Shown here: one piece after another, positions 26,775-30,010 of the stretch
How positions within the stretch are numbered: the stretch's first letter is position 1
How the letters are laid out: every line of letters starts with the position of its first letter
DNA from: Candidatus Hydrogenedentota bacterium
GTDB lineage: Bacteria > Hydrogenedentota > Hydrogenedentia > Hydrogenedentales > SLHB01
Direction: 5' to 3'
NCBI GenBank assembly: GCA_045863335.1
Contig: BTVY01000062.1
Span: 1 to 30,010 of the forward strand
DNA length: 30,010 nucleotides
Notes under the pieces: model-generated
Database searches by the model: none
Told to the model about the DNA's origin: nothing
The model's input: the letters and a program-made list of their open reading frames with translations, nothing else
Translations under genes and position numbers: made by a program

Positions 26775-29140
26775 GTGGATAGCGCCTCCTGCTCGAGTGG
26801 CGCTTCCCCGCGCCGAAACACGAGACTTCCGTCTTCTTGCAACACATCCACCGTGTCTCCGGCCTGGAACTTACCTTCCAACAGCAGGGCGCTAAGCGGA
26901 TTCATGATCCTGCGGTCGACCGTGCGGCGCAGTTCCCGCGCGCCCAGCTCGGGGTGATAGCCTTCCTTCGCGAGATACTCGTATGCGCCCTGGTAGACGT
27001 GCAACTTCATCTGCTTTTCCCGGAGGCGATCGTTTACTTCCTTCAGGCACAGGCGAAGCATTGTGCGGATGTCTTCAAACACCAGCGGATAGAACGGCAC
27101 GATTTCATCGATGCGGTTGATGAACTCCGGCCGGAACTTGCGGCGCAACTCCTCCATGAGCTTGTCATCCTCCGCGGGGCGCCCGGTACGGTGCAGATAG
27201 CCGGCGCCGATGTTCGACGTGAAGATGATGATGCTGTTCCGAAAACTGACTTCCCGGCCGCGCGAATCCCGCATGCGCCCCTCGTCGAGAATCGGCAGAA
27301 AGATGTCGAAGATCCGTGGATGTGCTTTTTCGATCTCATCGAAGAGCAGTATCGAGAAGGGATGGCTGCGAATGGCCTGGGCAAGACGGCCTTCCTCGTC
27401 GCTTCCCTTATACCCCGGCGGCGCGCCCAACAAGCGCGACACCGAATGCTCCTCGATATACTCCGCCATGTCGAATGTAACGAGATGGTCCTTCGATCCG
27501 AATAAGTAGTTTGCGAGGATCTTAGCTAGTTGCGTCTTGCCGACCCCGGTCGGTCCCAGAAACATCATGACAGCATCCGGCCGGTTGGGATCGCCAAGTC
27601 CGGCCCGGGCCCGCTTCACCGCGGCGACCGCGCGGACGACGGCATCGTCCTGTCCGATGATGCGCTTCTTGATCTTGCGTTCAAGATCGCCGAGCCGGAT
27701 GCGTTCCTCGGCGGTGATTTCCTCAATGGGGATCCCGGTCATTCGACTCACGACTTTGCGCACGTCGTGGGGCGTTACCCGGTCTGAGGCAGGCGTGTCG
27801 CTGTCGAAGGCCATGCCCCTGCCTTGAGTCGAAATCGTCTTGAGCCGGTACCGCGCGCAAGCTTGATCGAGCGCGTCGATCGCCTTATCCGGTAGTTGCC
27901 GGTTCGGCATGTAGCGCTGCGTAAGGGAAATGGCCGCGTGCATGGCTTTGCGGCTGATATGTACGCGGTGGTGTTGCTCGAACGCCGGCTTCAAATGCGC
28001 CAGCACTTCCCAGCAGGCGGACGGGCTAAGCTCTTCGATCCGGAGCATCTGAAACCGCCGCTCCAAAGCCGGGTCTCGCTCGACGAATTTCCGGTACTCC
28101 TGGATCGTCGTAGCGCCGATGCACCGAATTTCCCCGCGCGACAGCGCCGGCTTCAGCAGGTTCGCCATGTCGACCGATCCGCCTTCCGTGGAGCCGGCGC
28201 CCATGACCAGATGCATCTCGTCGATAAAGAGGACCGTGTTCGGTGAGGTGCGAAGCTGCTCCAACAGTCCCATCAGCTTCTCTTCAAAGGCGCCGCGATA
28301 CTGTGTTCCCGCCATCAGCGCCGCCATATTCAATTCCAGGATGCGGAGATCCCGAAGCACTCCGGCCATCCGCTTGTTCACGGAGGCCCACGCCAGACCT
28401 TCTATCACGTGGGTCTTACCGACACCGGCCTCCCCGACGAGAATTACGTTGTTTTTCGTCTTGCGCGACAGGATCTCCACGATGGTGAGGATATCCTGGT
28501 CGCGGCCGATGGCCGGTTCCAGATTGCCGCGCCGCGCCAATTCGGTGAGGTCCCGCGTCAAACTTTCCGGAGGTCTCGTAACGGCGGGCTCTCCGTCGAA
28601 CTGGGGTGATTCGATGACCTGCGGCCCGCTGCGGCGAACCTCCGGTTCGGGGGCGGTTTCGGGAGACGGGGGCTTCGCTTGCGTCTTGCGACGGGACGGC
28701 GCGCCCTTACTGAGTTCGAGGCGAAGGTCTTGGATCATCGCGCCCCGCGGGTGCCCCAACCGGTCCATCGCGCGGCTCGGCACGGCGTGCGAATCCGCGA
28801 GGATGGCCAGAAGCAGATGGCCGGCGGAAGGGCTGGACTTGCTGATGCGTTGCGCGAGCCGGGCCGCTTCGCTCGTTACGCCCGCGCATCGCGGCGTGTA
28901 GAAGACTTCGGAACCGTAAGTCGGCGTTCTACCGCGCCAGGACTCCCGCGTCATTTCCTGGCACGACCCGCGCAGCGCGTCCAGGTACTGCTTGTGAAAC
29001 GCGCGAGGAAGCAGATCTGCCTTGACCAGGATCGCTTCGAAAAGATGATCGACACCGACAAAAAACTGCCCCCGGCGCACGCTAAGTTGGGTTGCGTCGT
29101 CTAGGAGTTCGTTGATCTCGGGAGAAACCGGAACCTGCAC
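26771..29140 (-). CDS. Clp/Hsp100 family AAA+ ATPase (two NBDs), 789 aa
   Basis: Clp-N region, GEAGVGKT, LFIDEMH, IGATT, LERRFQ, LPDKAID, GPTGVGKT, GAPPGYKG, LFDEIEKAH, FRPEFINRID, GARELRR. Confidence 0.92.
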   Translation of the reverse strand: MQVPVSPEINELLDDATQLSVRRGQFFVGVDHLFEAILVKADLLPRAFHKQYLDALRGSCQEMTRESWRGRTPTYGSEVFYTPRCAGVTSEAARLAQRISKSSPSAGHLLLAILADSHAVPSRAMDRLGHPRGAMIQDLRLELSKGAPSRRKTQAKPPSPETAPEPEVRRSGPQVIESPQFDGEPAVTRPPESLTRDLTELARRGNLEPAIGRDQDILTIVEILSRKTKNNVILVGEAGVGKTHVIEGLAWASVNKRMAGVLRDLRILELNMAALMAGTQYRGAFEEKLMGLLEQLRTSPNTVLFIDEMHLVMGAGSTEGGSVDMANLLKPALSRGEIRCIGATTIQEYRKFVERDPALERRFQMLRIEELSPSACWEVLAHLKPAFEQHHRVHISRKAMHAAISLTQRYMPNRQLPDKAIDALDQACARYRLKTISTQGRGMAFDSDTPASDRVTPHDVRKVVSRMTGIPIEEITAEERIRLGDLERKIKKRIIGQDDAVVRAVAAVKRARAGLGDPNRPDAVMMFLGPTGVGKTQLAKILANYLFGSKDHLVTFDMAEYIEEHSVSRLLGAPPGYKGSDEEGRLAQAIRSHPFSILLFDEIEKAHPRIFDIFLPILDEGRMRDSRGREVSFRNSIIIFTSNIGAGYLHRTGRPAEDDKLMEELRRKFRPEFINRIDEIVPFYPLVFEDIRTMLRLCLKEVNDRLREKQMKLHVYQGAYEYLAKEGYHPELGARELRRTVDRRIMNPLSALLLEGKFQAGDTVDVLQEDGSLVFRRGEAPLEQEALST

Positions 29141-29300
29141 CTCGTATTCTTCCCCTATTGCCAGTCTGGTTCATCTTCGATGGTGTCGGAGACTACGAAT
29201 TCAGTGTACAGGTTTGATCCGAAATCTAAAAGCAGCGCATGAGAAGGGGAAGGACCGAAATCGGCCGGGGTGTTCGCATCCAATCAGGAGGGGGGAAAGC

Positions 29301-29621
29301 TTACTGGGAAGTATCGAAACACTCTTGTTCGTACCAGCGGCGCCAGGCTTCGGCGTTGTTCGAGATCCAGTCCATCACAGCCTCGCGGCCCAAATCCCGG
29401 CCGGCCTTCTCGGACTCTATCCACTTGTGCCGGTTGATCTCGTCACGCTGCCTGGCCATGCAGGCCCGCTGCCGTTCTTCGCGCCACGCCTTTGCTTCTT
29501 CGGCAAGCCAGAGTTCCAGAGCCTCGTCGAAGTCCACCTCTTCGCCCCGGTCGCGCTCAAGACGTGCCCGGTACATATCGATGGCGTAGCGTTCAGCCTT
29601 TGTCAGTTGACATTCCATCAT
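29301..29621 (-). CDS. Small DUF4032-like protein
   Basis: EINRHKWIESEKAGRDLGREAVMDW motif, preceded by a diverged similar repeat (RLERDRGEEVDFDEALELW); start 29621 or 29618. Confidence 0.65.
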   Translation of the reverse strand: MMECQLTKAERYAIDMYRARLERDRGEEVDFDEALELWLAEEAKAWREERQRACMARQRDEINRHKWIESEKAGRDLGREAVMDWISNNAEAWRRWYEQECFDTSQ

Positions 29622-29850
29622 GGAACTGTTCCATGCCCATCCACTGCCCCGCGCAGTATCAAGCATTCCGAGCTAACTAAATGTGCCGGCAAGAGCCGTC
29701 ACGAATATAGACGAATGCAAGTCCGAAATCTACAAATTTCTTTGGGCATATTTTCCATTATATGTCTACAATGAATTATACCCTCTTCGAGCCCATTCGT
29801 TGCAACTATTTACGGGCTAATCCGGAATTTTTCTGATTCGCATTATCCGC

Positions 29851-29877
29851 GCGGCGGGGGAAGTATTCCCCCGCCGC
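29851..29877. terminator. GC-rich hairpin downstream of the edge gene
   Basis: 12-bp perfect stem GCGGCGGGGGAA-GTA-TTCCCCCGCCGC; no clear U tract on the minus strand. Confidence 0.45.
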
Positions 29878-29927
29878 ACTTCTCAAGTCTATTCAATTCA
29901 AGCTCTTGGCTACGCCAAGGATCCCCG

Positions 29928-30010
29928 TTAGTTCAGCGGAGCCGAGGTTGCGCCAACCGCGGTACCGTCTGCGGTGAAGCGAATCACGCCGGACTCGTCA
30001 ACGAAGTACT
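29928..30010 (-). CDS. C-terminal end of a probable pilin-like protein (partial, not in ORF track)
   Basis: Reads YFVDESGVIRFTADGTAVGATSAPLN*; the F-V-D-E-S-G-V-I-R ending is recalled from type IV pilin-like proteins. Confidence 0.5.
   Translation of the reverse strand, partial: YFVDESGVIRFTADGTAVGATSAPLN

Noticed and set aside
8422-28901. Long antisense ORFs (e.g. 8422..9708, 14259..15149, 20785..22110, 23604..24572, 28119..28901)
   Set aside because: Shadow frames of well-supported genes in high-GC DNA, with no recognisable motifs.
26196-29140. Type VI secretion locus (clpV/fha)
   Set aside because: No tssB/C, hcp, vgrG or baseplate genes in the window, so no clpV symbol was assigned.

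Overview
This is a 30-kb, GC-rich bacterial chromosomal window. A Candidatus Hydrogenedentota or PVC-like origin is inferred from a DUF1559/H-X9-DG prepilin-like gene, two DUF1501 genes and a PSD1/planctomycete cytochrome c gene. In order it holds: an IS200-like HUH (RAYT-type) transposase between inverted GTAG-REP repeats, plus a second truncated copy; an HExxH membrane protein; a sugar-utilisation cluster (deacetylase, C-N hydrolase, Gfo/Idh/MocA, kinase, CUT1 ABC permeases and binding protein); a small toxin-antitoxin cassette between 70-bp direct repeats; a TetR regulator and a frameshifted prepilin-like gene; a PSD1-DUF1501-DUF1501 operon; SDR, Tat sulfatase and PP2C genes; and a DUF4032-like/Clp ATPase/FHA block. 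There is no rRNA, tRNA or CRISPR array. The most striking feature is non-coding: most intergenic gaps contain palindromic repeats from at least eight different families. A four-helix-bundle gene also sits inside the DUF1501 operon, between two inverted heptamer (YTGCGGA) arrays, and looks like an intervening-sequence or mobile cassette. All family assignments come from motif recognition by eye, not database searches.
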